A stretch of 40,051 nt of DNA from Deltaproteobacteria bacterium (GCA_021159235.1 JAGGSF010000080.1:1-40051), one strand, 5' to 3'; shown: positions 9,195 to 18,000, numbered from the stretch's first letter. Numbers and translations: made by a program. The notes: generated from the letters alone by a model not told the origin.

Positions 9195-9863
9195 TTACTT
9201 GGAGATGATGAGCCTAATCCTGTTGCCCACTTTCTCTGCAGCGTTGGCTACATCACTCGTAGCCTGTATAATTTTCAACCATAACCATAGATCGGCAAAA
9301 CTAAACTTTTCCGAGGTATTCAATATAATCTTGGTAATCTCATATCCTAACCTGTCTGTTTTATGTTCTTCTTCGTTCAGTTTATCCAGCAGCTCAGTGA
9401 TATGTTTTGTCTCTGGTCCCCCAAATGAAGATTCTCTCAATGTCTCCAATTCATCAACCACTTTTTTGGATAGATTAGCTACATCCACTACCTTTTCCAC
9501 AAAGTATTTCACTTTTTCTACCAGCTCGGAGGGAATTTTTATCATTTTAAAAGAAAGTAAAACGCCCACATCTTCTGCTGCATCGGCAACGGCATCTATG
9601 GAGGTGATGATTTCCAGTACATCTCCTCGTGCTACTGACATAAATATACTGTTGGGCAAAGAACTCCTGATCTTATTTTTGATTATGTCTGTTTCGTATT
9701 CCTTATGAGATATTTCTTCCGCCAGTCTTTGAACTTCTTTCTCCTTCCCTGATAAAAAAGCGTCAAAAGTGGCGGGAATGAGCCTGACACATTCATATGC
9801 CATATTCATCATCTCTTGCATTGCCTGGAACGGTGATCTTCTAAAAATATCAAAGATCTTCAT
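9195..9863 (-). CDS. DUF47 / PhoU-like phosphate transport regulator (YkaA/TIGR00153 type)
   Basis: 222 aa and predicted helical. The sequence pattern (E..ISHKEYETD ... AEDV ... EHKTD) and its position 2 nt upstream of a PiT gene are characteristic of this family. Confidence 0.75.
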   Translation of the reverse strand: MKIFDIFRRSPFQAMQEMMNMAYECVRLIPATFDAFLSGKEKEVQRLAEEISHKEYETDIIKNKIRSSLPNSIFMSVARGDVLEIITSIDAVADAAEDVGVLLSFKMIKIPSELVEKVKYFVEKVVDVANLSKKVVDELETLRESSFGGPETKHITELLDKLNEEEHKTDRLGYEITKIILNTSEKFSFADLWLWLKIIQATSDVANAAEKVGNRIRLIISK

Positions 9864-9866
9864 TTT

Positions 9867-10889
9867 TTATAATGTTTCTAAGGTTTTCATCTCTTCTATA
9901 ATCTTTTTTGCTACATTCATAAAAGCTTTAGCTCCCAATGAATCAGGTTTGCCAACCACAATGGGTTTTCCTTCATCACTACCTGTTCTGATATCTACAT
10001 CAATGGGTATCTCTCCCAGGAATGGCAGGGAAAGCTGAATACTGAGTTTCTTTCCTCCACCATGGCTAAATATATCCACCCTCTTTCCACAATGAGGACA
10101 GATAAAGTAGCTCATATTCTCAATTACACCCAGTACAGGAATCTTGAGTTTTTTAAAGAAATCTACTGCTCTTGCAGCATCTGTTAAAGCTACATCCTGT
10201 GGTGTGGTGACAACGAGGCCGCCCGTTACCTTAGTCAGCTGAGCCATAGACAGCTGGGCATCACCTGTCCCTGGAGGAAAATCCACAACCAGAAAGTCTA
10301 AATCTCCCCAGCTAACATCTTCCAGGAATTGTTCTACCGTCTTATGAATTAATGGTCCTCTCCAGATAAGTGCTGTTCCCTTGGGAATAAGGTTGCCAAT
10401 AGAGAATACCTTAATACCCTCTTTTTCCACGGGTAGCATTTTATCTTTTTCTTCCTGGTTTAATCTTATAGCCTCTTCTTCTATACCCATCATCTTCGGT
10501 ACATTTGGCCCATAGATGTCTGTATCTAGAATGCCTACTCTTTGGCCTGATTTAGCCAGGGCCAGAGCAATATTCACACTTACCGTAGTCTTACCCACGC
10601 CACCTTTTCCCGAAGTCGTGCCGATGATGTGTTTTATCCGGGGAACAATATTCTTTTTTTCTATCTTTACATTGACCTTTTTTACACCCTCTATCTTTTC
10701 TAATGTCTGGATTATACTTGATCTCAGCTGTTGTGAGATTGCTTCATCTTCTATGCCTAAGGAGCCTTTTACTGTAACTTCTCCGTTTTCATTTATCTTC
10801 ACATCCTCTACTATGCCTAAACTTACAATATCTTTTGTGTGCTCAGGGAATTTAACCTTTTTTAATTCATTCATGATTCTTTCTTTCAT
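9867..10889 (-). CDS. apbC: Mrp/NBP35 (ApbC) family Fe-S cluster carrier ATPase
   Basis: Deviant Walker A GKGGVGKTT, an N-terminal DUF59-like domain, and a C-terminal ENMSYFICPHCGK motif. I chose the ATG at 10889 (MKERIMNEL) because it has GAGGAGG 5 nt upstream and a promoter-like element lies upstream of it. The ORF-track start at 10979 is a GTG with no SD. Confidence 0.9.
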   Translation of the reverse strand: MKERIMNELKKVKFPEHTKDIVSLGIVEDVKINENGEVTVKGSLGIEDEAISQQLRSSIIQTLEKIEGVKKVNVKIEKKNIVPRIKHIIGTTSGKGGVGKTTVSVNIALALAKSGQRVGILDTDIYGPNVPKMMGIEEEAIRLNQEEKDKMLPVEKEGIKVFSIGNLIPKGTALIWRGPLIHKTVEQFLEDVSWGDLDFLVVDFPPGTGDAQLSMAQLTKVTGGLVVTTPQDVALTDAARAVDFFKKLKIPVLGVIENMSYFICPHCGKRVDIFSHGGGKKLSIQLSLPFLGEIPIDVDIRTGSDEGKPIVVGKPDSLGAKAFMNVAKKIIEEMKTLETL

Positions 10890-10914
10890 TTTGACCTCCT
10901 CAAAGATATTACAT

Positions 10915-10942
10915 AGATTATCACGATTTTTTTTTCTGTCAA
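10915..10942 (-). promoter_or_regulatory. Sigma70-like promoter candidate for the mrp-DUF47-pit-ppx string
   Basis: Minus strand: TTGACA (10942-10937), 16 nt, TAATCT (10920-10915), about 25 nt upstream of the ATG at 10889. Confidence 0.4.
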
Positions 10943-11046
10943 TTATTTGAATGCCCCCCATCAAAAATCTATATGACACAAATCAAAGATTTAAGCGTAA
11001 ACATCTCATTACAATTTATATGAAACAACAAGGTGTCGAAGGATTT

Positions 11047-11454
11047 TTAGAATAATATCTCTATCGCCTTATATGGACAAACGGAAACGCACAATTCACA
11101 GGCAATGCATTTTTCCTTGTCAAAGGAAATTTTCATTTCCTTCCTGTCAACAGCAATGGCCTTTGTAGGGCAGATGGAAGCGCAGGCAGTACAGTGGGTG
11201 CACCTTTCCTCCAACCATATTATATCCTGGGCAAGAGGCTGCACCTCCACGCCCAGTTCCTGAAGATAATTCATCCCTCTCTGTAATGATTCCCTCTTCC
11301 CACTGATCTCTATCATCAGCCTTCCTTCTTCCTTTGGACTGATCTTTGCCTTCAAGATATTCACAACCAGATCATAGTCCCTGATCAGGTGATATGTTAC
11401 GGGCTGATCAATCAAGGAAGGGGGAAAGGTTAAAACTACTTTCCTCTTCTGCAT
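11047..11454 (-). CDS. NIL-domain / 2x[4Fe-4S] ferredoxin-domain protein (partner of COG1900 homocysteine biosynthesis protein)
   Basis: 135 aa. The N-terminal ~75 aa are NIL-like and are followed by two CxxCxxCxxxCP motifs (CTHCTACASICP, CIACELCVSVCP). GGAG SD; 10 nt downstream of the COG1900 gene. Confidence 0.8.
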   Translation of the reverse strand: MQKRKVVLTFPPSLIDQPVTYHLIRDYDLVVNILKAKISPKEEGRLMIEISGKRESLQRGMNYLQELGVEVQPLAQDIIWLEERCTHCTACASICPTKAIAVDRKEMKISFDKEKCIACELCVSVCPYKAIEILF

Positions 11455-11464
11455 GTAAAACTCC

Positions 11465-12664
11465 TTATTCTATTGGCCTTTCTTTGAGGTCTTTAAAGGT
11501 TATTCCTGCATCTACAGAAGGAAGCAAAAACACAGGTTCGGTCAATAAAAATTTTCCTCTTTTTATCCATTCCTTGAGTATTTGAGCAATCTCTCGGGCT
11601 TTAGCATAACTGGAAAGACCGGCTGCAGGAACCTTCTTTCCCCGAACGGTTATCATACCTGTTTTAAGTTCGGCATAGCTTACCTCACACAAAACCTCCG
11701 AGCTGCCCGAAGGATAACTCTTGGAATAGTCCACCACCGGTGCATATATCTCCTCATCACTTACCACTGTATACCTCAGTATTTCCTCATTGAGAATGGG
11801 AATGGGCACCCCTATCCCCACCGTCAGATCAGCTCCATACCCTGTTATACTTGTTCCCCTCAACCATTCAGGAGACATCTGCTTCAAGTCTCCCATCACC
11901 GCAAGTGTGCCTGAGGCAACCTTTGGGATACCCTCTTCTGTTCTGGGAACATTGGGGTTATGTTGAGTGCCATTCCAGACCACATAACCCACTCCACCCC
12001 CCAGGAATATCCTTGTTCCTATACCGATAGTCTTGTAATATGGATCGTTTAAAAGGGGTGAAAGCTGACCCGCGCTACAGTAATAGGCGTTCCCCAGATT
12101 GGGTTTCAACATCCCCATATAGGTATATATCACCTTATCGGAGAGGTTTACCGCTACCTCGTAGTTCTGAGTAGCATTTCGTGGATTAAATAAGATAGCT
12201 TCATTTAAATCCCTTATGTTAATCCAGGTTTCCAGTTTTTTTCTTGGATAACAGTCTGTTCCATAGGCAGTAGCTTGAAGTTTGATATCCTTGCCTGCCA
12301 CTAAGTCCTCGATTACATGTCCACCTCCATAGTTGAATCTGCCGGGATAGATTTTGTTTCTGGGGTCATCATCGGGAAGAGCGGTTGCACCGAGATATAT
12401 GTCTACAGCAGCGAGATCCGCACAGGCGGGAACACCATTAAGATATACCTTTTCTATCTTTATCCTGGGCTTTGAATGTCCAATATTAATCAAGACACCA
12501 GAAGAGCACATCGGCCCAAATGTTCCCGTAGTAACTACATCTACCTCCTGTGCGGCTTTTTTTATATCCTTTTCTTTTGCAATATCGATGATTTCCTCAG
12601 CCGTTACAACTACAGCTTTCCCCTTTTTTATTTTCTCATTGATCTCAGCAATCGTCTTTGCCAT
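11465..12664 (-). CDS. COG1900 (DUF39) homocysteine biosynthesis protein, without CBS domains
   Basis: 399 aa. The N-terminal pattern (KTIAEINEKIKKGKAVVVTAEE...VDVVTTGTFGPMCSSG) and the size match the COG1900 family. The adjacent NIL-ferredoxin gene reproduces the MA1821/MA1822-type pair. Strong SD AAGGAGAAGG. Confidence 0.8.
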   Translation of the reverse strand: MAKTIAEINEKIKKGKAVVVTAEEIIDIAKEKDIKKAAQEVDVVTTGTFGPMCSSGVLINIGHSKPRIKIEKVYLNGVPACADLAAVDIYLGATALPDDDPRNKIYPGRFNYGGGHVIEDLVAGKDIKLQATAYGTDCYPRKKLETWINIRDLNEAILFNPRNATQNYEVAVNLSDKVIYTYMGMLKPNLGNAYYCSAGQLSPLLNDPYYKTIGIGTRIFLGGGVGYVVWNGTQHNPNVPRTEEGIPKVASGTLAVMGDLKQMSPEWLRGTSITGYGADLTVGIGVPIPILNEEILRYTVVSDEEIYAPVVDYSKSYPSGSSEVLCEVSYAELKTGMITVRGKKVPAAGLSSYAKAREIAQILKEWIKRGKFLLTEPVFLLPSVDAGITFKDLKERPIE

Positions 12665-12731
12665 TTAAACCTTCTCCTTTCTTCTCAGCCCTCTAACTAA
12701 ACCTTGCAGAACCATTGATTACAATTGTTTA

Positions 12732-12761
12732 TCTATACATCCTTAGCCGAATTTTTGTCAA
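12732..12761 (-). promoter_or_regulatory. Sigma70-like promoter candidate for the COG1900/NIL-ferredoxin operon
   Basis: Minus strand: TTGACA (12761-12756), 18 nt, TATAGA (12737-12732). This leaves a ~60-nt purine-rich leader before the ATG at 12664. Confidence 0.35.
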
Positions 12762-12815
12762 GTTTTACATTCGCTTTAGTAGGTGTATTTCTGGCAGTGG
12801 CTAAATTCAGTATAC

Positions 12816-12843
12816 TTGTCAAACAAAAAAATTATGATAATAT
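12816..12843 (+). promoter_or_regulatory. Promoter candidate directly abutting the DUF4912 start codon (possible leaderless transcript)
   Basis: TTGTCA (12816-12821), 16 nt, TAATAT (12838-12843), then 6 nt to the ATG at 12850. There is no SD-like purine run. Confidence 0.3.
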
Positions 12844-12849
12844 GAAAAC

Positions 12850-13314
12850 ATGGAAGAGGAAGCAAAAAGGGTAAAGTTTTACAAAGCTCAGGTCTGGGGG
12901 CAGATAGAGGAAAAATCCATCCCCTCCAGATATATGAAAAACAGGATTATTCTCTTGTCGGTTGATCCCTATCATCTATTTACATCCTGGGAAGTGATGG
13001 AAAAACCGCCTTTTATAATCAGAGTATTTGATTTTACCCGCAGGTTTTTTCCGCAGTACAATGAAGTCTTTTCATTTAAAGTAGAAAGTGATGTAGGAAA
13101 CTGGTATATGAATGGAAAACCCTCGGCTGTCTATCTTGCTCAGATAGGTAAGGTAAAAGAGGGGAAATTTATCCTGATTGCTCAATCAAACATTGTTCAG
13201 ATGCCCAATGGCTCTGTATCCACCAGCAGGATATGTATGGAGATGAGAAAGATAAGGATAGAGGAAAAAAAGATACTTAAAGAGGAAAAAATGGAACACG
13301 CTTATGAAAGATGA
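12850..13314 (+). CDS. DUF4912-like protein (usual companion of GH57 branching enzymes)
   Basis: 154 aa. The segment IPSRYMKNRIILLSVDPYHLFTSWEV resembles the conserved DUF4912 core. It overlaps the downstream GH57 gene by 11 nt. Confidence 0.6.
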   Translation: MEEEAKRVKFYKAQVWGQIEEKSIPSRYMKNRIILLSVDPYHLFTSWEVMEKPPFIIRVFDFTRRFFPQYNEVFSFKVESDVGNWYMNGKPSAVYLAQIGKVKEGKFILIAQSNIVQMPNGSVSTSRICMEMRKIRIEEKKILKEEKMEHAYER

Positions 13315-14890
13315 CTTGGGTTTTTTAAATCTGGTTTTGCATGCCCACCTTCCTTATGTTCGCCATCCTGAATTTGATGATTTTCTGGAGGAGGATTGGT
13401 TTTACGAGGCATTGTGGGAAACATATATTCCATTTATAGATATGCTGGAAAGATTATGTTATGAAGATGTGGACTTTAGTATAACACTCAGTCTGTCTCC
13501 TACCCTGTGTTCTATGATGGAAGATGAACTGTTAACAGAGAGATTTTTAAGAAAAATGGAAAATTTGAAAGGGCTTATCTTTAAGGAGAAAGAGAGACTG
13601 AAGAACACTGCGTTTGAAAAATCTGTAGGAATGTATGAGAAGAGGATGAAAAAGATAGAAGAGATAATTTCACGCTACAATCCTGTTACGAAAGCATTTA
13701 AAAGATTTTTTGAAGAAAAAAAACTGAATCTCATCACAACATCTGCTACCCATATCTTTATGCCGCATCTGCGATATGCAGGAAAAGCAAACGAAGCACA
13801 GATAAAAATAGGAATTGAGTATTTAAAAACTGTATTCGGTAGAAGACCGAAGGGCTTTTGGCTACCTGAATGTGGATATTACAGGGGTGTGGAAGATATA
13901 CTGGAGAAGGAAGGTGTGGAGTATTTCTTTGGGGAAACACACTGCATCATGTATGCAGACCACTATCCAAAGAGGGGTGTCTACGCACCGATGTTTACAG
14001 AAAACGGTGTTGCTTGCTTTGCAAGGGATACAGAATCTTCCAGGCAGGTGTGGAGTGCAAGGGAAGGTTATCCTGGAGATTTTGATTACAGGGAATTCTA
14101 CAGAGATGTAGGATTTGATGCTCCTTATGATTACATAAGACCCTACTTGCATAAAGATGGTGTAAGGGGAAACACGGGATTGAAATATTACAGAATCACG
14201 GGCAGTAATGTAGATTTAGGAAAGAAAGAACCATACGATCCTGAAGCTGCCAGAAAAAAGACGATCATCCATGCAGAAGACTTTTTATTCAATAGGCAGA
14301 AGCAGATGAAATATTTAAATACCATTTATAACAGAAAGCCCATCATAAATGCATTCTACGATATGGAGTTGTTTGGTCATTGGTGGTGGGAAGGGATAGA
14401 CTTCTTAGAGGAGGTAATAAGAAAAATAGAGAGATTCAACATAAAACTTATAACGCCGGATGAGTATTTGGATGTGTATCCTGAAAATCAGGTAAGCAGG
14501 TTGAATGAATCCAGCTGGGGATGGAAGGGATATGGAGAGACATGGTTAAACGGAACAAACGATTGGATATACAGACATCTGTACGAAATGGAAGACAGAA
14601 TGGAAGAGATGGCAAAAAAATACAAGGACACAAAAGATAAGAGAATATTATTTATACTGTCTCAGATGGCAAGAGAACTGCTGTTAGCTCAATCCTCCGA
14701 TTGGTTATTTATCATGCATGAAGGCAGTTGCCGCCAGTATGCAGAAAGAAGAGAAAAACTGCATATAAACAGGTTCAATCACATGTATGAAAACCTGAAG
14801 AAAAACTTCATAGATGTGGAATTTGCTGAAGAGAGTTATAAAAAAGACAATATCTTTCCAGCCTTGAACTGGAAGGTCTATGCATGTTAA
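13304..14890 (+). CDS. GH57 family 1,4-alpha-glucan branching enzyme
   Basis: 528 aa. The N-terminal GFLNLVLHAHLPYVRHPE motif, WLPECGY, and a C-terminal helical domain (DUF1957-like, SSDWLFIM) match the GH57 branching enzymes characterised in Thermus and Thermococcus. Confidence 0.85.
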   Translation: MKDDLGFLNLVLHAHLPYVRHPEFDDFLEEDWFYEALWETYIPFIDMLERLCYEDVDFSITLSLSPTLCSMMEDELLTERFLRKMENLKGLIFKEKERLKNTAFEKSVGMYEKRMKKIEEIISRYNPVTKAFKRFFEEKKLNLITTSATHIFMPHLRYAGKANEAQIKIGIEYLKTVFGRRPKGFWLPECGYYRGVEDILEKEGVEYFFGETHCIMYADHYPKRGVYAPMFTENGVACFARDTESSRQVWSAREGYPGDFDYREFYRDVGFDAPYDYIRPYLHKDGVRGNTGLKYYRITGSNVDLGKKEPYDPEAARKKTIIHAEDFLFNRQKQMKYLNTIYNRKPIINAFYDMELFGHWWWEGIDFLEEVIRKIERFNIKLITPDEYLDVYPENQVSRLNESSWGWKGYGETWLNGTNDWIYRHLYEMEDRMEEMAKKYKDTKDKRILFILSQMARELLLAQSSDWLFIMHEGSCRQYAERREKLHINRFNHMYENLKKNFIDVEFAEESYKKDNIFPALNWKVYAC

Positions 14891-16959
14891 AAATAGGAAT
14901 AATCTTTTTATTCCTTGTTTTCTCTTCTTATTCCTTTGCACAGGAAATTCACATTGAAGCAGATAACATCACCTATTACGAAAAACAAAAACTCTATATT
15001 GGAGAGGGGCATTGTGTTGTTAAAAGAGAAGATGCAACATTAAAAGCGGACAAAATAGATCTTAACAAGGAAACAGGCATCACCCATGTTAAAGGCAATG
15101 TAGAATTTCATTCAGGTGACGATTGGATAAAAGGGAAAAAAGGCACAGTAAATGTAAATCTGTGGAAAGGGTTTATTGAAGATGCTACCTTATTTCTCTC
15201 CAGAGATTTTTTATGGATAAAGGCAAAAAAGATTGTTATTTTAGATAAAACACGCTTCTACGCAGAAAATAGTGCGCTTACCTCCTGCTTTTGTGAAAAC
15301 TGGTTGAAGGGGAAGGGTGCTCATCCCAAATGGACCTTTCATGCCAGAAAAGCTTATGTAGTAAGAGATAAATATCTAAAGGCTTATCCCTTGATTTTTA
15401 AAACAAGAGGCGTGCCTGTGTTTGGACTGCCATATATATATCGTAATTTAAACAGAAAGAGGAGAACAGGATTCTTAACCCCTTCTTTTGGGTATTCCTC
15501 CCGGGGAGGATTTAAATATAGGCAACCATTTTTTCTGGTTTTATCCGATTCTCAAGATGCTACTTTCACATATAATCATGCAGGAAGAAAGGGCAATGGA
15601 GTGGATGTAGAATATAGATATTTCTGGACTAAAGATAGTTTTGGTCAGTGGCATGCTACGTTTTTCAAGGAGAAAAAACCGTATGGGGCAAGTGATAAAA
15701 AATCTCTCCGTTACAATGTGCATGTCAAGCATACTCAGGATTTAGAAAAATACGGTATCATCAGATCCGATATAAATCATTTGAGTGATAGAAATAACTA
15801 TCACGTATTTAAAGATGATGAGCTTTCTTTGACCAGTGAAAGGTATGTAACCAGCAAGTTGTGGTGGGAATGGCACAAGGGTGAATATAAACTGTCCATA
15901 AACAATTATTATTATGAGGATCTACTTTCAGAAAACAACAAAAGGACACTGCAGAAATATCCACAGTTTGAGGCTTCAATAACGGAAAAAAAGATACCAT
16001 CCACGCCATTTTATCTGAATACCTCAACCTACTTAACAAGAAATTACAGGAAAGAAGGAGAAAAAGGATGGGTGTATTCATTGTACCCCTCTTTAAAAGC
16101 ACCTTTTTCCATTTATCAGTTCAGCTTTTTGCCGGAGGGAAAACTGTATTATGATTACAGCTGGTGGAAAGATGAAAATGGCGAAAGACACCATAAGGGA
16201 AGAACAATCCCCGAGGGTATATTCACCGTAAGCGCCACGCTGGAAAGAATATGGTTCACAAATAAAGAGAGCACAGAAGGTATAAGACACAGAATCATTC
16301 CTCAAATCTCCTACGATTATATTCCTTACAGAGACCAGAGTGAACTGCCCGATTTTATATCCCGCAAGAGCAAGGAAAATGTATTAACCTTTAGTCTGGA
16401 AAACAGGATCACACAGAAAAAAAGCGGTAGATATTTTGATCCTCTATATGTGAAATTTTCTCAACCCTTTAACATAAACAAAAAACGCCTTCATCAGAAT
16501 CCATTTGAACCATTCTATATAGAAGGTGTATATAAGCCTACAGATACATTTTCCTTTGACTGGAAAGCCTATTATTCTACGAGAAAAGGTCTTTTTACAC
16601 AGAGCAGCGAAAATGCGCACCTGAATGTGGGCATCTTGAAGTTTTCCACCGGCTATGTGATGAACAGGGATTCCGGTTACCTGTTGAGCGATGAGTCGTG
16701 GAGTGGAAGACTGGACATATATCCACAATCAGGGTTGAATATTTTCTATTCATTTGAAAAAAATTTAAGATATGGATACTTCCCTCAGAAACGGTTCGGC
16801 ATAAACTACATGGAGGACTGCTGGGGCATAAGCCTGCAAACATATATAAATGAAACGATGGAAGAAAATAGAGAAGGTATTAAAGAGAGAAAGAAAAATA
16901 TGGGTATATGGTTTATGTTCACTTTGAAGTCCATCGGCTCGTGGGGTAAAAGGGTATGA
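14884..16959 (+). CDS. lptD: LPS-assembly outer membrane protein LptD (OstA family)
   Basis: 691 aa. Signal peptide MLKIGIIFLFLVFSSYSFA/QE, an OstA-like N-terminal domain (IEADNITYYEKQKLYIGEGHCVV...KADKIDLNKETG), and a long aromatic-rich beta-barrel-like C-terminus. Confidence 0.8.
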   Translation: MLKIGIIFLFLVFSSYSFAQEIHIEADNITYYEKQKLYIGEGHCVVKREDATLKADKIDLNKETGITHVKGNVEFHSGDDWIKGKKGTVNVNLWKGFIEDATLFLSRDFLWIKAKKIVILDKTRFYAENSALTSCFCENWLKGKGAHPKWTFHARKAYVVRDKYLKAYPLIFKTRGVPVFGLPYIYRNLNRKRRTGFLTPSFGYSSRGGFKYRQPFFLVLSDSQDATFTYNHAGRKGNGVDVEYRYFWTKDSFGQWHATFFKEKKPYGASDKKSLRYNVHVKHTQDLEKYGIIRSDINHLSDRNNYHVFKDDELSLTSERYVTSKLWWEWHKGEYKLSINNYYYEDLLSENNKRTLQKYPQFEASITEKKIPSTPFYLNTSTYLTRNYRKEGEKGWVYSLYPSLKAPFSIYQFSFLPEGKLYYDYSWWKDENGERHHKGRTIPEGIFTVSATLERIWFTNKESTEGIRHRIIPQISYDYIPYRDQSELPDFISRKSKENVLTFSLENRITQKKSGRYFDPLYVKFSQPFNINKKRLHQNPFEPFYIEGVYKPTDTFSFDWKAYYSTRKGLFTQSSENAHLNVGILKFSTGYVMNRDSGYLLSDESWSGRLDIYPQSGLNIFYSFEKNLRYGYFPQKRFGINYMEDCWGISLQTYINETMEENREGIKERKKNMGIWFMFTLKSIGSWGKRV

Positions 16960-17531
16960 AGATTGCCTGCGGCATAACCGGAGCCAGTGGCATGCCTTAT
17001 GCCGTAAGATTGATAGAATTTTTAGCTCAAACGGAAAACGAAGTATACACAGTTGTATCAGAATGGGGAAAGAAGATTATAAAGTTGGAAATGAACAGAG
17101 AATGGGAAGAGATAATTTCTGGATTTAAAGGGAAGGTTTACAATTTTGAAGAGGATGACCTGTTTTCACCGCTGGCCAGTGGCTCTTTTGGTATAGAAAA
17201 AACAGTAATTCTTCCCTGTTCTATGAAAACACTATCCGCTATTGCACACGGCTTTTCCCAAAACTTAATAGAAAGGATGGCCGATGTATCCATAAAGGAA
17301 GGCAAAATGCTGGTGTTGTGCCCCAGGGAGATGCCCTTTTCTTCCATCCACTTAGAAAATATGCTGAAATTGAGTAAAATGGGTGTAAAGATTGCGCCTC
17401 CTGTTCCTGCTTTCTACCCTCATCCAGAAAGCATAGAGGATATAACGGATTTCGTGGTGGGTAAAATACTGGACATATTGAAGATAGAACACAACCTCTT
17501 TCGGAGATGGCATGGCAATCCAGCCTATTAA
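16956..17531 (+). CDS. ubiX: Flavin prenyltransferase UbiX
   Basis: 191 aa. Contains GITGASGMPYAVRLIEFL and the conserved PCSMKTLSAIAHG motif. ATGA overlap with the lptD stop. Confidence 0.9.
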   Translation: MKIACGITGASGMPYAVRLIEFLAQTENEVYTVVSEWGKKIIKLEMNREWEEIISGFKGKVYNFEEDDLFSPLASGSFGIEKTVILPCSMKTLSAIAHGFSQNLIERMADVSIKEGKMLVLCPREMPFSSIHLENMLKLSKMGVKIAPPVPAFYPHPESIEDITDFVVGKILDILKIEHNLFRRWHGNPAY

Positions 17532-17537
17532 TTGCTG

Positions 17538-17948
17538 CTAAATTTTTAATTCTGTGCACTGTTGTTCTTTAGATTTATACTCTTTATAGCTTTTCAAAAA
17601 TGCATCTAAACTCTCTTTTAAGTGAGAAAGCGTTTCTACCCACTCTTCCAGGTTTTTCTTTCCTTTTTCTGTAATAGTGTATATACGGCGGGCAACACCC
17701 TTTTCCTTTATATTCCACCGTGATTCTAATAATCCTTCCTCTTCCATAGTTCTCAGGATTTTGTATATATAACCTACTTCGTAATTTTCATACTTCACAC
17801 CGATTCGCTTCAGCCTTTCTATCAAATCATAACCGTGTGATTCTCCACCGAGAAGAAAGAAAAGCAAAAAAGCCCGCAGGAACCTGGGTGGCCTATCACC
17901 AGGATAATCTTTTGACCAGCAGCTTACCCTCAATTCTGCCATTACCAT
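17538..17948 (-). CDS. PadR family transcriptional regulator
   Basis: 136 aa. Winged-helix core LLGGESHGYDLIERLK...GYIYKILRTMEEEGLLESRW...RRIYTITEKGKKNL. GGGAGG SD. Confidence 0.85.
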   Translation of the reverse strand: MVMAELRVSCWSKDYPGDRPPRFLRAFLLFFLLGGESHGYDLIERLKRIGVKYENYEVGYIYKILRTMEEEGLLESRWNIKEKGVARRIYTITEKGKKNLEEWVETLSHLKESLDAFLKSYKEYKSKEQQCTELKI

Positions 17949-17978
17949 ATACCTCCCATTTATAAAATATCATTAAAC

Positions 17979-18000
17979 AATATTAGAATATGTTAATATT
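17979..18000. promoter_or_regulatory. Inverted repeat, candidate PadR operator
   Basis: AATATTA-8 nt-TAATATT, a perfect 7-nt inverted repeat 31-52 nt upstream of the padR start codon. AT-rich background lowers its significance. Confidence 0.2.

Noticed and set aside
9187-10950. Long plus-strand ORFs (173 aa at 9187-9708, 89 aa at 9769-10038, 144 aa at 10516-10950) antisense to the DUF47 and mrp genes. Similar antisense ORFs occur elsewhere, e.g. 1314-1721, 33683-34094 and 35599-35934.
   Set aside because: They are Ser/Phe/Ile-rich, low-complexity translations typical of the reverse frame of AT-rich genes. They have no SD and no recognisable domains, and each is fully contained within a well-supported gene on the other strand.
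9867-10979. The long (370-aa) form of mrp starting at GTG 10979
   Set aside because: It has no SD, and a TTGACA-16-TAATCT promoter-like element lies inside the extension. The ATG at 10889 has GAGGAGG and begins the DUF59-like domain.
12665-12731. A possible SAM/SAH-type riboswitch in the leader of the homocysteine-synthesis operon, and likewise upstream of metK (29080-29109)
   Set aside because: The ~60-nt COG1900 leader is purine-rich, and I could not fold a convincing helix or pseudoknot in it. The metK upstream gap is only 30 nt. Neither shows conserved riboswitch core motifs that I can recognise. A covariance-model scan would settle the question.
13758-14152. A cluster of five short ORFs in several frames and both strands inside the GH57 gene
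   Set aside because: This is a locally GC-richer, stop-poor stretch of a well-conserved coding region. There are no start-site signals and no evidence for an overlapping gene.
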